DNA of 64,000 nt from an uncultured Verrucomicrobiota bacterium (GCA_964653485.1 CAZZFF010000004.1:26069-90068); one strand, 5' to 3'; shown: positions 53,707 through 63,944, counted from the first letter of the stretch. Program-made: numbers and translations. The notes: a model not told the origin generated them from the sequence alone.

Positions 53707-54879
53707 TCAGGCCATCGAAGCACCTTCATCCTCTTCAGCATCGTTAAGGAGATACTCCTCCGCGGCGCCTGTTTCTTCGCTATAGTTAAACTCCACCTTG
53801 GACTGCTTCACGATCTCGTCCAAAATCGCTGGGAGGTGATGTTGCCTCACAGCAGCCTGAAAGCACTCTCGCAGCCTGGGTACGTTTATAATCTCCTCGA
53901 TGCATGCCATGTAGGATCGCACGATGGCATCAATGCCGTAGAGGGCTTTGGCCCCCTGCGCAAGCCGCCCGCGCAACTCTTCTTCTCCGTCCTCAGACTT
54001 GATAACGAACGAAACGGGAAGTCGCTCCAACTTGTCTATGTCCAAAAAGTACTTTCTTACGTCAAGCGTTTCGGTCACCTGGAAGAATCTTCCGAGCGGC
54101 TTCATCACGAAGTCAATGCCGCCATCATTGGCGTTGGTCCGTCCCGTCTTGAAGAGCTTCAACTGCTCCTTCCTTAGGTCCGCCCGGGTGAAGCCGAAAT
54201 AGACGAACTGGTCGTGATAGAAGTACTTCAAGATGGCGAAGCTCACGATCTCGAAGAGGCGCGCGTCAACGTTCGGCGCCAGCAAACCAAGGATGTATGC
54301 CTGGACGGCATCCGGTGAAGCGCGCACTGCCTCCTTCAGTTTGGTGCATGCTTGAATGAAAGTGTCGAATGAGTTTCGCTTCGCGGCAACGTACGCGTCG
54401 ATAACGCCGATCACCGCCTCTGCCACGTTATACGTCTTCTTCCCCACCTTGACGCGCAAGAGGTTTGAGTTAATCCAATAGCGGTTGGTCTCCGGGTCCC
54501 GCAAGATGGGAACATATTGGCAGGACGGGAAGAACTTCTTGAACTCTTCGTTCATCCTGTGGTTGAGGCCGTGATTTTGCAGCTTTGCGCCGAATGGTAG
54601 CTGGCGTTGCCGCTTGAGAAGGGAACTGAAGACCGCCCCACCGTACTTCGAATAGTCGCCCTTCTTGTGAAATCCTTTTGCGACGTAGTCCTCGACGAGC
54701 ACGTAGATCGCGTACAGGTTGGCGAAACTCCCACGGGATTTCGATCCACGATTTGCCGCCTTGGTCTTGTGGTTGATGTATTGCAGCAGAGTTCCCTTTT
54801 CGAGGATATCCTCCTCCGCCCCGGCAAAGTGGCGGACCAGGACCCCTCGAATGGTCTCAGTGAACGCGTGCTCGATCAT
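53707..54879 (-). CDS. Putative type II restriction endonuclease
   Basis: ~390 aa immediately downstream of, and overlapping, the methyltransferase gene. NANDGGIDFVMKP resembles PD-(D/E)xK/Mrr-like catalytic cores. Sequence composition is lower-GC. Confidence 0.55.
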   Translation of the reverse strand: MIEHAFTETIRGVLVRHFAGAEEDILEKGTLLQYINHKTKAANRGSKSRGSFANLYAIYVLVEDYVAKGFHKKGDYSKYGGAVFSSLLKRQRQLPFGAKLQNHGLNHRMNEEFKKFFPSCQYVPILRDPETNRYWINSNLLRVKVGKKTYNVAEAVIGVIDAYVAAKRNSFDTFIQACTKLKEAVRASPDAVQAYILGLLAPNVDARLFEIVSFAILKYFYHDQFVYFGFTRADLRKEQLKLFKTGRTNANDGGIDFVMKPLGRFFQVTETLDVRKYFLDIDKLERLPVSFVIKSEDGEEELRGRLAQGAKALYGIDAIVRSYMACIEEIINVPRLRECFQAAVRQHHLPAILDEIVKQSKVEFNYSEETGAAEEYLLNDAEEDEGASMA

Positions 54880-55747
54880 ACAAGGCAAGGGGCAAGGTCG
54901 AATCGAGCTCGTTTCTCCTAATCCCATTCTTGCGGAGGTAAGTCTTGTTCGGTCTCTCGATCGGTTTGCCATTGAAGTGAGTCTGGATGCCCAACCGCCG
55001 CAAGCCGATCTTCACATAGGGCTCCTCTCTGTCGATGCCCACGGATCTCCGCCCAAGTTTCTGAGCCACATAGCTCGTCGTAAAGGTGCCAGAGAACGGG
55101 TCAAGCACTAAGTCTCCAGGGTTTGAACTCGCCTTCAAAACACGCTCAAGCAGCGCCACCGGTTTCTGAGTCGGGTGCTCCTCGTATTCCTCCATCCGGT
55201 ATCGGACTCGCGGGATCTCCCAGACGTTTCCCGGCACCTTTTCGCTGCTGTAAACACTTGGAACTGGCTTCCGGTAGTCAATGAGCCTCCGCTGGGACCC
55301 GGTCTTCGCGTCAACCAGGATGTCTTTCGCGTTAAACGTGTAGCACTCCGGATCCTTGACGCAGAACAAGATTGGCTCGTAGAGCGACCCGAAGTACCGC
55401 TTTGCCTGCACCCCGGAACTGTCGTAAAACCACACAATCCGAGACATGATCGTCAGTCGCGACCTGACGTGAATATCGAAGAACGGCATGCACTGCGTGG
55501 ATGCCATGAGGTAAAAACTCCCAGTCGGCTTAAGTTTCTGCACGCACAGGTCAATCCAAACGCGGCACCAGTCCAAGTACTCCTCCTCACTTGGCCACTT
55601 GTCCTTGTGCCCGTGAAAATCCTTGCCGATATTGTAAGGCGGGTCGGCGAAAACGAGGCTAACACTGCAGTCTGCAACATGCGAACGCAACGCCTCCAGC
55701 GCATCACCCCAAACCACCTTGTGGTCGGCGTTCTCAAAAACCGTCAT
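54857..55747 (-). CDS. DNA methyltransferase, beta-class N6A/N4C (N6_N4_Mtase family)
   Basis: Motif IV FADPPYN precedes motif I VLDPFSGTFTT, with EHPTQKP between them. Confidence 0.85.
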   Translation of the reverse strand: MTVFENADHKVVWGDALEALRSHVADCSVSLVFADPPYNIGKDFHGHKDKWPSEEEYLDWCRVWIDLCVQKLKPTGSFYLMASTQCMPFFDIHVRSRLTIMSRIVWFYDSSGVQAKRYFGSLYEPILFCVKDPECYTFNAKDILVDAKTGSQRRLIDYRKPVPSVYSSEKVPGNVWEIPRVRYRMEEYEEHPTQKPVALLERVLKASSNPGDLVLDPFSGTFTTSYVAQKLGRRSVGIDREEPYVKIGLRRLGIQTHFNGKPIERPNKTYLRKNGIRRNELDSTLPLALYDRARVH

Positions 55748-55969
55748 GAGATCATCGTGCCACCGTCGGCACCTGAGTCAAGCCCGGAAGAAGCACCACG
55801 GAAGGAACGACGCCCCCCACATGTCGCGAGCAGCCCGGCCTTAATCGCGTCCGGGGCACACGTAAGGTCGTGGTGACCCCGCGCCGCGCACAGGTCACTC
55901 GTCCGGCGCCGGCGAACGGGCGCCACACCAACGAGCATATCTATCAGCGAACTATAAGGCCGGTTCAGT

Positions 55970-57013
55970 TCACTCCACGACGCGCCTGCCTTGTTTGCGG
56001 GCGGCGTACTGTTCCTTAATCCAGTTGTAGGTGGCGCGGAGGCCGGTGTCCAGGGGCGTTCTCGGCTCCCATTTGAGGACCTGCTCGATGAAGGTGTTGT
56101 CGCTGTTGCGGCCGGCCACGCCGCGGGGAGCGTTCAGGTCGTATTCGCGTTTCAGCTTCACGCCGGCGATCTTCTCGATCTTGGTCACCAACTCGTTGAT
56201 GCTGACCAACTCGCTCGAACCCAGGTTGATGGGCGTGGCGATCAACTCGTCGCAATGCGCGATGCGGTCGATGCCTTCGACGCAGTCGGCGATGTACATG
56301 AAACTGCGCGTCTGGGTGCCGTCGCCCCAGATGGTGATCTTGTTGCTGCCGGCCTCGATGGCCTCGATGACCTTCCGGCTTATGGCCGCCGGGGCCTTTT
56401 CCCGGCCGCCGTCCCAGGTGCCGTTGGGGCCATAGACGTTGTGGAACCGGGCGATGAAGGTCTTCATCCCCCGCTCGGCCCAATACTCCTGGCAGAACAT
56501 CTCGCTCATGAGCTTCTCCCACCCGTAGCCCCGCTCGGCCATGGCCGGGTAGGCGTCGGATTCCTTGAGCGCTCGGACGTTGGGGTCCTCTTGCAACCGC
56601 GTGTTGTAAGCGCAGGCGGACGAGGAGTAAAAGTAGCGCCGCGCCCCGGCCCTGTAGGCCGCCTCGATCATGTGCGTGTTGATGAGGATGCTGCGCAGGC
56701 ACTCGATGCGGAATCGCTCGATAAAGCCCATGCCGCCCATATCCGCCGCCAGGTTATACACCTCGACGGCCCCTTCGCACACGCGGCGGCAATTCGCCTC
56801 GACACTGCAGTCCAGGCTCAAATTCTCGACTCCCGGCACCGGCAGATACCACTCGTAAAGCGGCTTCTTGTCCACGGCCCGTATCCGCTTGTGTCCCCGG
56901 TTCTTGAAGTGCAACGCCAGGTTCCCCGCAATGAAACCGCCCGCGCCCGTGATGACCACCAGATCGTCCGGGTTCAGTTTGGGCTCTTTCTCAACCACTC
57001 GTTTCGTTTGCAT
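55970..57013 (-). CDS. NAD-dependent epimerase, GDP-mannose 3,5-epimerase-like
   Basis: ITGAGGFIAGNL Rossmann motif, NLAADMGGMGFI (GME signature) and the YGWEK catalytic Tyr-x3-Lys. Confidence 0.85.
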   Translation of the reverse strand: MQTKRVVEKEPKLNPDDLVVITGAGGFIAGNLALHFKNRGHKRIRAVDKKPLYEWYLPVPGVENLSLDCSVEANCRRVCEGAVEVYNLAADMGGMGFIERFRIECLRSILINTHMIEAAYRAGARRYFYSSSACAYNTRLQEDPNVRALKESDAYPAMAERGYGWEKLMSEMFCQEYWAERGMKTFIARFHNVYGPNGTWDGGREKAPAAISRKVIEAIEAGSNKITIWGDGTQTRSFMYIADCVEGIDRIAHCDELIATPINLGSSELVSINELVTKIEKIAGVKLKREYDLNAPRGVAGRNSDNTFIEQVLKWEPRTPLDTGLRATYNWIKEQYAARKQGRRVVE

Positions 57014-57217
57014 TCTCGTGTGCTTTCGTTATCTCAGCCATTCCATGTTTAGAGGCGGCACCGCCGGCTCTGCCGCTCCATTTATATCAGCCCCCCCGGC
57101 GCCGCGCCAGCCCCAATAGGGTACTTACCCCATGACATTTTGGGGCCGATACCCCATAGTCGGATACTGTCCTTGCAGCGGGTTGAAGGCGCCCGGTTGC
57201 TGGTTTACTCATTTGTG

Positions 57218-59410
57218 ATGAAGTTAAGGCTGTTGACCGTGGCCGGGTTGGCTGTGGCGTACGTCTTGTCCGCCAGGCTGGGGCTGGCCTTGGGGCCTGG
57301 CTGGACGCGGGCTTGGCCGCTGTGGCCGCCGGCGGGCCTGGCCGTGGGAGCGATGCTGTTGCTGGGCTTGCGGGCCTGGCCGGGCGTGGCCCTCGGAGCA
57401 TTCCTGGACAGCGTGACCGGGCCGGTCTCGGGCCAGGCCGGCTGGCCGGCCCTCGTCGCCGCCTCGGCCGGCACGGCACTGGGCAGCACGACCGAGGCCG
57501 TGGCCGGCGCCTGGCTGGTCCGGAGGTTCGCCCGCGGAAGCGCCACCTTGGAGCGGCCCTCGAGCATCCTCCGGTTCACGGCGTTGGGGGCCGTGTTGAG
57601 CACGATGATCGGTCCCGCATTGTGTGTCGGCAGCTTGTCGTTGGCCGGGCTCCTGGGCGGGCGGAACCCCGGCGGCTTGTGGTTCTCCTGGTGGCTGGCA
57701 GATATGGCCAGCGTGATGGTCGTCACCCCGTTGCTCCTGGCGTGGGGCGCGCAGCCCTTTCCCCTGCCGGATCGCAAGCGATTGACGGAGCTCGCGGCGG
57801 CGCAGGTGCTCCTGGCCGCCCTGTGCCTGGTGGTCTTCGGCGGCTGGCCCGCGTCTAAAGCCGGATATGTCCTGCCGGCATCCCTGCTGGTGCCGGTCCT
57901 TTTGTGGCCGGCACTTCGGCTGGGACAGGCGGGTACCACGCTAACGATCTTTGTCTTCTGGTGTTTGGTGGTCATCGGGACGGTGCGTGGCATTGACCCG
58001 CTGGCCGCCCGGGCCTGGACCCCTTCGATGTTTCCGCTGCAGGCATTCGTCGGCGCGAGCGCGCTCATGGCACTGGTGCTGGCTGCCAACGTCACCCAAC
58101 TCCACGGGCGGGAGAGCACACTGCGGGCTGCGGAACAGCGCTGCCAATGCTTCTCCGAGCTGGGCGCGTGCCTGAACGGGGCGGGCACCGTGAGGGAGGC
58201 CGCCCAGGTGATCGCGCGGGAGTCGGAGAGACTTTTTGCGTGGAATGCCTTTGCCCTGCATTTGTTTTCATCCGAGCACCGCAACGCCGAGACCGTCTGT
58301 TGCGTCAAGTCCGCCGACGGCGTCCGCACGGAGTCCGTCCCCTCCTCCAGCGGCGCCCCCGGCGCCGCGGCCTCGCAAGTCGTCGAGGAGGGCGCCAGGC
58401 TGGTCTTGCGCGAAGTCCCATTCGCATCCCCGCCCCGGCTCTTGCCCTTCGAGGACCAGGCGCGGCCCTGCGCGTCGCTCATTTACGTCCCGGTGCTCAA
58501 GGAAAAGAAAGCCATCGGCGTGTTGTGCGTTCAGAGCCACACCCCCCGGGCCTATTCGGAGGAAGACATGCGGGTCTTGCAGGCCATGGCGGACCATTGC
58601 TGCGGGGCCATCGAGCGCATCCAAGCGGCCAAAGGTGTGCGGCGGCTCAACGCGGAGTTGGAACGGCGGGTGGCGGAGCGCACCGCACAATTGGAAGCGA
58701 TGAACAAAGAACTGGAGGCCTTTTCCTATTCCGTCTCGCACGATCTGCGCGCCCCCCTGAGGAGCATCCTCGGCTTCAGCGAGGTCCTTCTTGAACGCTA
58801 CAGCCCGCAGCTCGATGCGCGCGGCCAGGGCTTTCTTAGGCGCGCCTGCGAGTCGTGCCAGCAGATGGACAACCTGATCGAGGACTTGCTGAAGCTCTCC
58901 CGGGTGGGCCGGAGCGAAATGCGGCGCCAGCCCGTTAACCTGAGCGCCCTGGCCGAGTCCATCGCCGCGGACCTCCGTAAATCCGAGCCGGATCGCCCCG
59001 CCAGTTTCCTCATCGCTTCGGACCTCTGCGCCCAGGGCGATGAACGCCTCCTGCGCGTGGCCCTGGACAACCTCCTGCGCAACGCCTGGAAATTCACACG
59101 CAACAAGCCCCGCGCTTGCATCGAGTTCGGAACCGTGGCCAATCCCCAATCCGCCTTCTTCGTCCGCGACAACGGGGCCGGCTTCGACATGGCCCGCGCC
59201 GACAAACTGTTCGGAGTCTTTCAGCGCATGCACTCCGCCAGCGAATTCCCCGGTTCGGGTGTGGGCCTCGCCACCGTGCAGCGCATTATCAACCGGCATG
59301 GCGGGTTCGCCTGGGCCATCGCCGCGCCCGACCAGGGGGCGACCTTTTTTTTCACCCTGCCCCAAACAACACTGTACTCCAATGAAGCAACTCAAGACCC
59401 TGATTGTTGA
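57218..59410 (+). CDS. Sensor histidine kinase (MASE1-like membrane domain, GAF, HisKA, HATPase_c)
   Basis: Polytopic N-terminus, H-box FSYSVSHDLRAPL, and N/G boxes DNGAGF...GSGVGLA. Confidence 0.8.
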   Translation: MKLRLLTVAGLAVAYVLSARLGLALGPGWTRAWPLWPPAGLAVGAMLLLGLRAWPGVALGAFLDSVTGPVSGQAGWPALVAASAGTALGSTTEAVAGAWLVRRFARGSATLERPSSILRFTALGAVLSTMIGPALCVGSLSLAGLLGGRNPGGLWFSWWLADMASVMVVTPLLLAWGAQPFPLPDRKRLTELAAAQVLLAALCLVVFGGWPASKAGYVLPASLLVPVLLWPALRLGQAGTTLTIFVFWCLVVIGTVRGIDPLAARAWTPSMFPLQAFVGASALMALVLAANVTQLHGRESTLRAAEQRCQCFSELGACLNGAGTVREAAQVIARESERLFAWNAFALHLFSSEHRNAETVCCVKSADGVRTESVPSSSGAPGAAASQVVEEGARLVLREVPFASPPRLLPFEDQARPCASLIYVPVLKEKKAIGVLCVQSHTPRAYSEEDMRVLQAMADHCCGAIERIQAAKGVRRLNAELERRVAERTAQLEAMNKELEAFSYSVSHDLRAPLRSILGFSEVLLERYSPQLDARGQGFLRRACESCQQMDNLIEDLLKLSRVGRSEMRRQPVNLSALAESIAADLRKSEPDRPASFLIASDLCAQGDERLLRVALDNLLRNAWKFTRNKPRACIEFGTVANPQSAFFVRDNGAGFDMARADKLFGVFQRMHSASEFPGSGVGLATVQRIINRHGGFAWAIAAPDQGATFFFTLPQTTLYSNEATQDPDC

Positions 59411-61433
59411 GGACTACGAGAATGACGCCCTGCTGCTGGAGCTGGAACTGCAGCGGGCCGGCTACGAACCGGTCTGCGAACGGGTCGAGACTGCCGCCGC
59501 CATGGCCGCAGCCCTGCAACGAGGGGCCTGGGACCTGATCGTCGCCGATTACCTCCTGCCCCATTTCAGCGGCCTGGACGCTCTGGCCCTCGTCAAGGAA
59601 AAGGGCCTGGACCTGCCATTCATCATCGTCTCGGGCAACATCACCGACGATACGGCCGTCGCCGCCATGAAAGCGGGCGCGCACGATTACGTGATGAAGA
59701 ACAACCTCTCGAGGCTCGGCCCGGCGGTCGAGCGCGAGTTGCGCGAGGCGGCGGTGCGGGCCGAGCGCCGGCTCTCCGAAGAGCGGCTCAAACAGGAACA
59801 TCAGTTCCGCCAAGCCATCGAGAATTCCATCCCGGCCGGCATCGCGACCGTGGACCTGGCCGGCCGCCAGACCTACGTCAACCCCGCCTTCTGCTCCATG
59901 GTCGGCTGGACCGAAGGCGAACTCGTCGGCGCCCGCCCGCCTTTCGTGTATTGGCCCCCGGACCAGAGCGAGGTCATCAGCGCCGCCCTGGGCAGGGTTG
60001 TCGCCGAGCAACCCGGACCCGCCCCCGCCCTCGAATTGCGCTTTCGCCGCCGCGGCGGTGAGCGCCTGGAAGTTCTCCTCCAGGTCACCCCCATGCTCGA
60101 CAGCTCGGGCCAAATCACCGGCTGGGTCAGCGCCGCTTCCGACATCACCGAACGGAAACGGGCTGAGACCCGTCTGGCGGCCGAGCACGCCATCACTCGC
60201 GTTCTGGCCCGCAGCCATTCCCTCGACGACGCCGGCCCCGATATCGCACAGATGCTCCTCACGGGATTGGAAGCGGACGTAGGCGTGCTTTGGATACTCG
60301 AACCCAAACATCCCCAATCGCTTCGGCCCGGCTGCCTGGCATCCCGCGCCCCCAGTGCGCCGCTCCGGGCCTTTCTGGACGAAAGCCGGCGCTCGAGCTT
60401 CGCTCTGGGCGCCAGCCTCCCCGGCCGCGTCTGGCTCGAACGCCACGCCATCTGGATTACCGACTTGTCCCGAGACACCGATTTCGAACGGCGCAACCTG
60501 GCAGCCTGCGCCGGACTCCAAAGCGCTGTCGCCTTCCCCATCCAGAACGCCGACGGCTTCTTTGGGGTCATGGAGTTTTTCACCGTGCGCCGGCTCGAAT
60601 CGGACCTGGTCCTGCTCAACATGATGAACGCAATCGGCACTGAAATCGGCCAGTTCATCAGGCGGCGCAACGCGGAAGAGGCCCTGCGCAAGGCCCACGA
60701 CGAACTCGAACTGCGCGTCCAACAGCGCACAACCGAACTCGAAACGGCCAATGTCAAACTCCAGGCCGCCATCACCGAACGCGAACGCCTCGAACACGAG
60801 TTGCTCGAAATCACCGAAAAAGAGCGCCGCCGCATTGGCTTGGACCTCCATGACGACCTCGGCCAGAAACTGTCGGGCATCGCGCTCATGACCAAAGGAC
60901 TCGAACTGAAGCTCGCCAAATTGGGCGCCCAGGAAACCCACGAAGCAGCCCGAATCCACACCCTGGTCCAGCAGGCCATGAACCACGCCAGCGACCTCGC
61001 CCACGACCTGGCCACCCTCGATCTCAAGGAAAACGACCTGCCCGCCGCCCTCGAACGGCTGGCCGCCCACGCGGCGGAGCTCTTCCAAATCTCCTGCCGC
61101 TTCAAAGCCCAGGGCGAAATCCCGTCCCTCGAAATCAATACCGTCACCCAGTTGTATAAAATCGCCCAGGAGGCCGTCACCAATGCCATCAAGCACGGAA
61201 AGACCAAACGCGTCACCCTCCACCTGGACGGCCAGCCAAGCCAGATCGTGCTTTCCGTCCAGAACAACGGTCTGCCCTTCCCGGACCTGCACAGCCACTC
61301 CAGAACGGGCATGGGCCTGCGCATCATGCACTACCGCGCCAACCTTATCGGCGCCTCCCTAACCATCAAAGCCGCAGGCCATAGCGGCACCCTTCTCACG
61401 TGCTCTATCCCTCTGCCCCGCACCGGTCGATAG
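59382..61433 (+). CDS. Hybrid response-regulator receiver, PAS, GAF, HisKA_3 histidine kinase
   Basis: Receiver (LIVEDYEND...DLIVADYLLP...), PAS (ATVDLAGRQTYVNPAFCSMVGW), HisKA_3 box ERRRIGLDLHDDLGQ, and an ATPase with NAIKHG. ATG 59382 overlaps the upstream kinase by 29 nt. Confidence 0.8.
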   Translation: MKQLKTLIVEDYENDALLLELELQRAGYEPVCERVETAAAMAAALQRGAWDLIVADYLLPHFSGLDALALVKEKGLDLPFIIVSGNITDDTAVAAMKAGAHDYVMKNNLSRLGPAVERELREAAVRAERRLSEERLKQEHQFRQAIENSIPAGIATVDLAGRQTYVNPAFCSMVGWTEGELVGARPPFVYWPPDQSEVISAALGRVVAEQPGPAPALELRFRRRGGERLEVLLQVTPMLDSSGQITGWVSAASDITERKRAETRLAAEHAITRVLARSHSLDDAGPDIAQMLLTGLEADVGVLWILEPKHPQSLRPGCLASRAPSAPLRAFLDESRRSSFALGASLPGRVWLERHAIWITDLSRDTDFERRNLAACAGLQSAVAFPIQNADGFFGVMEFFTVRRLESDLVLLNMMNAIGTEIGQFIRRRNAEEALRKAHDELELRVQQRTTELETANVKLQAAITERERLEHELLEITEKERRRIGLDLHDDLGQKLSGIALMTKGLELKLAKLGAQETHEAARIHTLVQQAMNHASDLAHDLATLDLKENDLPAALERLAAHAAELFQISCRFKAQGEIPSLEINTVTQLYKIAQEAVTNAIKHGKTKRVTLHLDGQPSQIVLSVQNNGLPFPDLHSHSRTGMGLRIMHYRANLIGASLTIKAAGHSGTLLTCSIPLPRTGR

Positions 61434-61457
61434 AAACCGGGCCGTTGAAAGACCGGC

Positions 61458-62048
61458 CTATGAGCTTGACCCCAACCCTATGCGCGCCAGTTGCGCGGCG
61501 TGGACGTCCAGACCGCCTTCCGTCCACACCACGTAATCGGCGCGGCCCATCTTCTGCTCGATGGGCCACTGAACGCGGATGCGCTGCTCCATTTGTTCCA
61601 CCGTCCAGCCTCGAGCCAGCAGGCGCTCGCGTTGGGTCCCCACCGAGCAAGCCACGCACACGGTCGAGTCGAACTCCCCCTCAGCGCCCGTCTCGAACAG
61701 GAGTGGAATGACGATGACGCATTGGGAAAGCGACTCGTTGCGCCAGGCTGCCGCCTGGGCCTGCCACAGCGCCCGGATCGGCGGATGCAGGATGGCCTCC
61801 AGTCGCTTGAGGGCGGCCCCATCCCCAAACACGCGCCGCGCCAGTTCCGCGCGGCGCAAACTCCCATCCGCGGCCACCACGTCGGAACCGAACGCCCGGC
61901 GCACTTCCTCGAGCGCCGGCTGGCCCGGTTCAACGACACGCCGCGCCAGGTCATCCGTGTCCACCACGGCCACCCCGCGGGCGGCCAGCAACCGGGCGGA
62001 AGCGGACTTGCCCATCCCCAAACCCCCGGTCAGGCCGAAGACTTTCAT
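61458..62048 (-). CDS. coaE: Dephospho-CoA kinase
   Basis: MKVFGLTGGLGMGKS P-loop and full-length CoaE pattern. ATG 62048 lies within ORF 61458..62105. Confidence 0.88.
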   Translation of the reverse strand: MKVFGLTGGLGMGKSASARLLAARGVAVVDTDDLARRVVEPGQPALEEVRRAFGSDVVAADGSLRRAELARRVFGDGAALKRLEAILHPPIRALWQAQAAAWRNESLSQCVIVIPLLFETGAEGEFDSTVCVACSVGTQRERLLARGWTVEQMEQRIRVQWPIEQKMGRADYVVWTEGGLDVHAAQLARIGLGSSS

Positions 62049-62402
62049 CGCCTGATGCGCCGCCCCTCGTCCTTCCACCCCATCGAACCGGCGGGACGCC
62101 GCCACCCATCACTAACTCGCCGGGTGACGGAGAGGGAATCAACAGTTGCGCAATTCATAAAGCCCCTGACCTTTTCACCTTGATCCAGGCGGATCAAGCC
62201 AAAACCCGAATCGAAAATGATTGAACTCCGCCCCCGCTCCCGATACACTGTTTAGTTCCGCATGAACAACCGCCTGCCAACAATGTCAGAAACGGCCCCC
62301 GGCCGTCCCGGGGCGCGGAGGAGCTTTTGGAAGCCTCTCGCCCCCGCATTCCGTCCCCGAGGCGCATCTGAGCCCCAACCGCACGGCTTTCCTGCCGGCA
62401 GG

Positions 62403-63944
62403 ATGGCAGCCTCCCGGCGCCGTTGGCCGCGCCTGCCGGCCGCCGCCGGCCTGATGCTCTCTTTGGCCTCGGCCAACCTCTCCGCAGCCCATGCCGCCGC
62501 CCGGGCAACCCGCCCCCCGCATCTCTCTCCGGACTACGCCGGAGTTGTCATTCCGCCGAATATCGCCCCTTTGAATTTCAAGGTCCAGGAGCCCGGGGCA
62601 CGCTATCAAGTGGAGGCTTATTCGTCCAAAGGCCAGCGGATTGCTGTCTCCAGCCGATACTCCGCCGTTCGCTTCCCGGCGGACAAATGGCGCGCCTTGC
62701 TGCGGGCCAACCCCGGCGAGCCCCTTTGCTTCGACGTCTCGGTTCAGGATGCGCGCGGGCAATGGAACCGGTTTCAGACCGTGACGAACTCCATCGCTCT
62801 CGAAGAGATCGACCACACCCTGGTTTATCGCCTGCTCAGGCCGCTCTACAGCCTTTACTTGACCGTCGGCATCTATCAACGCGACCTCGAATCGTTCGAC
62901 GAGCGGCCGGTATTGGAGAATGGAAAGATCCAAAAGGGCTGCCTCAATTGCCACACCCCTCTGAACCATCAACCCGATACCTTTGCCTTCCACACGCGTT
63001 CCCAGGGAAAAATCCAACCCATGATCCTGGTCGTCTCGAACCAGGTGGCGCAGGTCGATAAGACGATGGGCTACCTCTCCTGGCATCCCAGCGGGCGCCT
63101 CCTGGCCTTCTCGGCCAACAAGCTCAACCTCTTCTATCACACCCACGGCGAAGCCCGCGACGTCTTTGACTCCGCCTCCAACCTCGGCATCTACCGCCTG
63201 GATTCCAACACCATCGTCGTGCCGCCGCCCATCGCCCTGCCCGACCGCAACGAGACATGGCCTTCCTGGTCGCCCGATGGCCGCTACCTCTACTTCTGCA
63301 GCGCCCCGCGCCTGCCCTTCGAGAAGTTCCGCCAGGTCCGCTACGACCTCATGCGCATCAGCTATGACATCGACCTGGACCATTGGGGCGAGCCGGAAGT
63401 GCTTCTGTCCGCCGAGCAGAGCGGCCTCAGCGCCGCTCATCCACGGGTCTCCCCCAACGGCCGATGGCTCGTCTTCACCCTCGCCAAATACGGCAACTTC
63501 CCCATCTACCAGCCCAGCGCCGACCTCTACTTGATCGACCTCAAGACCCGCGAATGCCGCCGCCTCGGCATCAACAGCGAGCAAGCCGATTCCTGGCACG
63601 AATGGTCCTCCAACGGCCGCTGGCTTGTCTTCAGCAGCAAACGCCTCGACGGCCTCTTCGCCCGCCCCTTCTTCAGCTACGTGGACGACCAGGGCCAGTT
63701 CTACAAGCCTTTCCTCCTCCCTCAAGCCGATCCCGCCTTTTACGAGTCGTTCACCAAGACCTTCAACGTCCCCCAATTCGTCCTCGGACCCATCACTGTA
63801 AAAGAAAACGACTTGGCCAGGGCCGTGCTCAACCCCCTCAAAACTCTCGCCCCGAAAGGCGACACCCACCCCCCTGCCCCTGAATCCCCCGCCTCACCCC
63901 CCGGCGCCGAAAAACAGGACGACTACAAACCGACGATGCAGTAA
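62403..63944 (+). CDS. Exported protein with one CxxCH heme-binding motif and TolB-like beta-propeller repeats
   Basis: Signal-like MAASRRRWPRLPAAAGLMLSLASANLSAAHA. The single heme motif is CLNCH. Propeller blades include WSPDGRYLYF, VSPNGRWLVF and WSSNGRWLVF. Confidence 0.6.
   Translation: MAASRRRWPRLPAAAGLMLSLASANLSAAHAAARATRPPHLSPDYAGVVIPPNIAPLNFKVQEPGARYQVEAYSSKGQRIAVSSRYSAVRFPADKWRALLRANPGEPLCFDVSVQDARGQWNRFQTVTNSIALEEIDHTLVYRLLRPLYSLYLTVGIYQRDLESFDERPVLENGKIQKGCLNCHTPLNHQPDTFAFHTRSQGKIQPMILVVSNQVAQVDKTMGYLSWHPSGRLLAFSANKLNLFYHTHGEARDVFDSASNLGIYRLDSNTIVVPPPIALPDRNETWPSWSPDGRYLYFCSAPRLPFEKFRQVRYDLMRISYDIDLDHWGEPEVLLSAEQSGLSAAHPRVSPNGRWLVFTLAKYGNFPIYQPSADLYLIDLKTRECRRLGINSEQADSWHEWSSNGRWLVFSSKRLDGLFARPFFSYVDDQGQFYKPFLLPQADPAFYESFTKTFNVPQFVLGPITVKENDLARAVLNPLKTLAPKGDTHPPAPESPASPPGAEKQDDYKPTMQ

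Noticed and set aside
55744-55938. 64-aa ORF upstream of the methyltransferase, considered as a controller (C) protein
   Set aside because: No HTH pattern is present, and the composition is Arg/Gly/Ala-rich, typical of non-coding high-GC sequence.
59352-61331. 659-aa and 484-aa minus-strand ORFs
   Set aside because: They are antisense to the receiver-PAS-GAF kinase, which has clear motifs. No domain pattern is present in these frames.
62286-63869. 527-aa minus-strand ORF
   Set aside because: It is antisense to the CxxCH/propeller gene. It is Gly/Val/Glu-rich low complexity.
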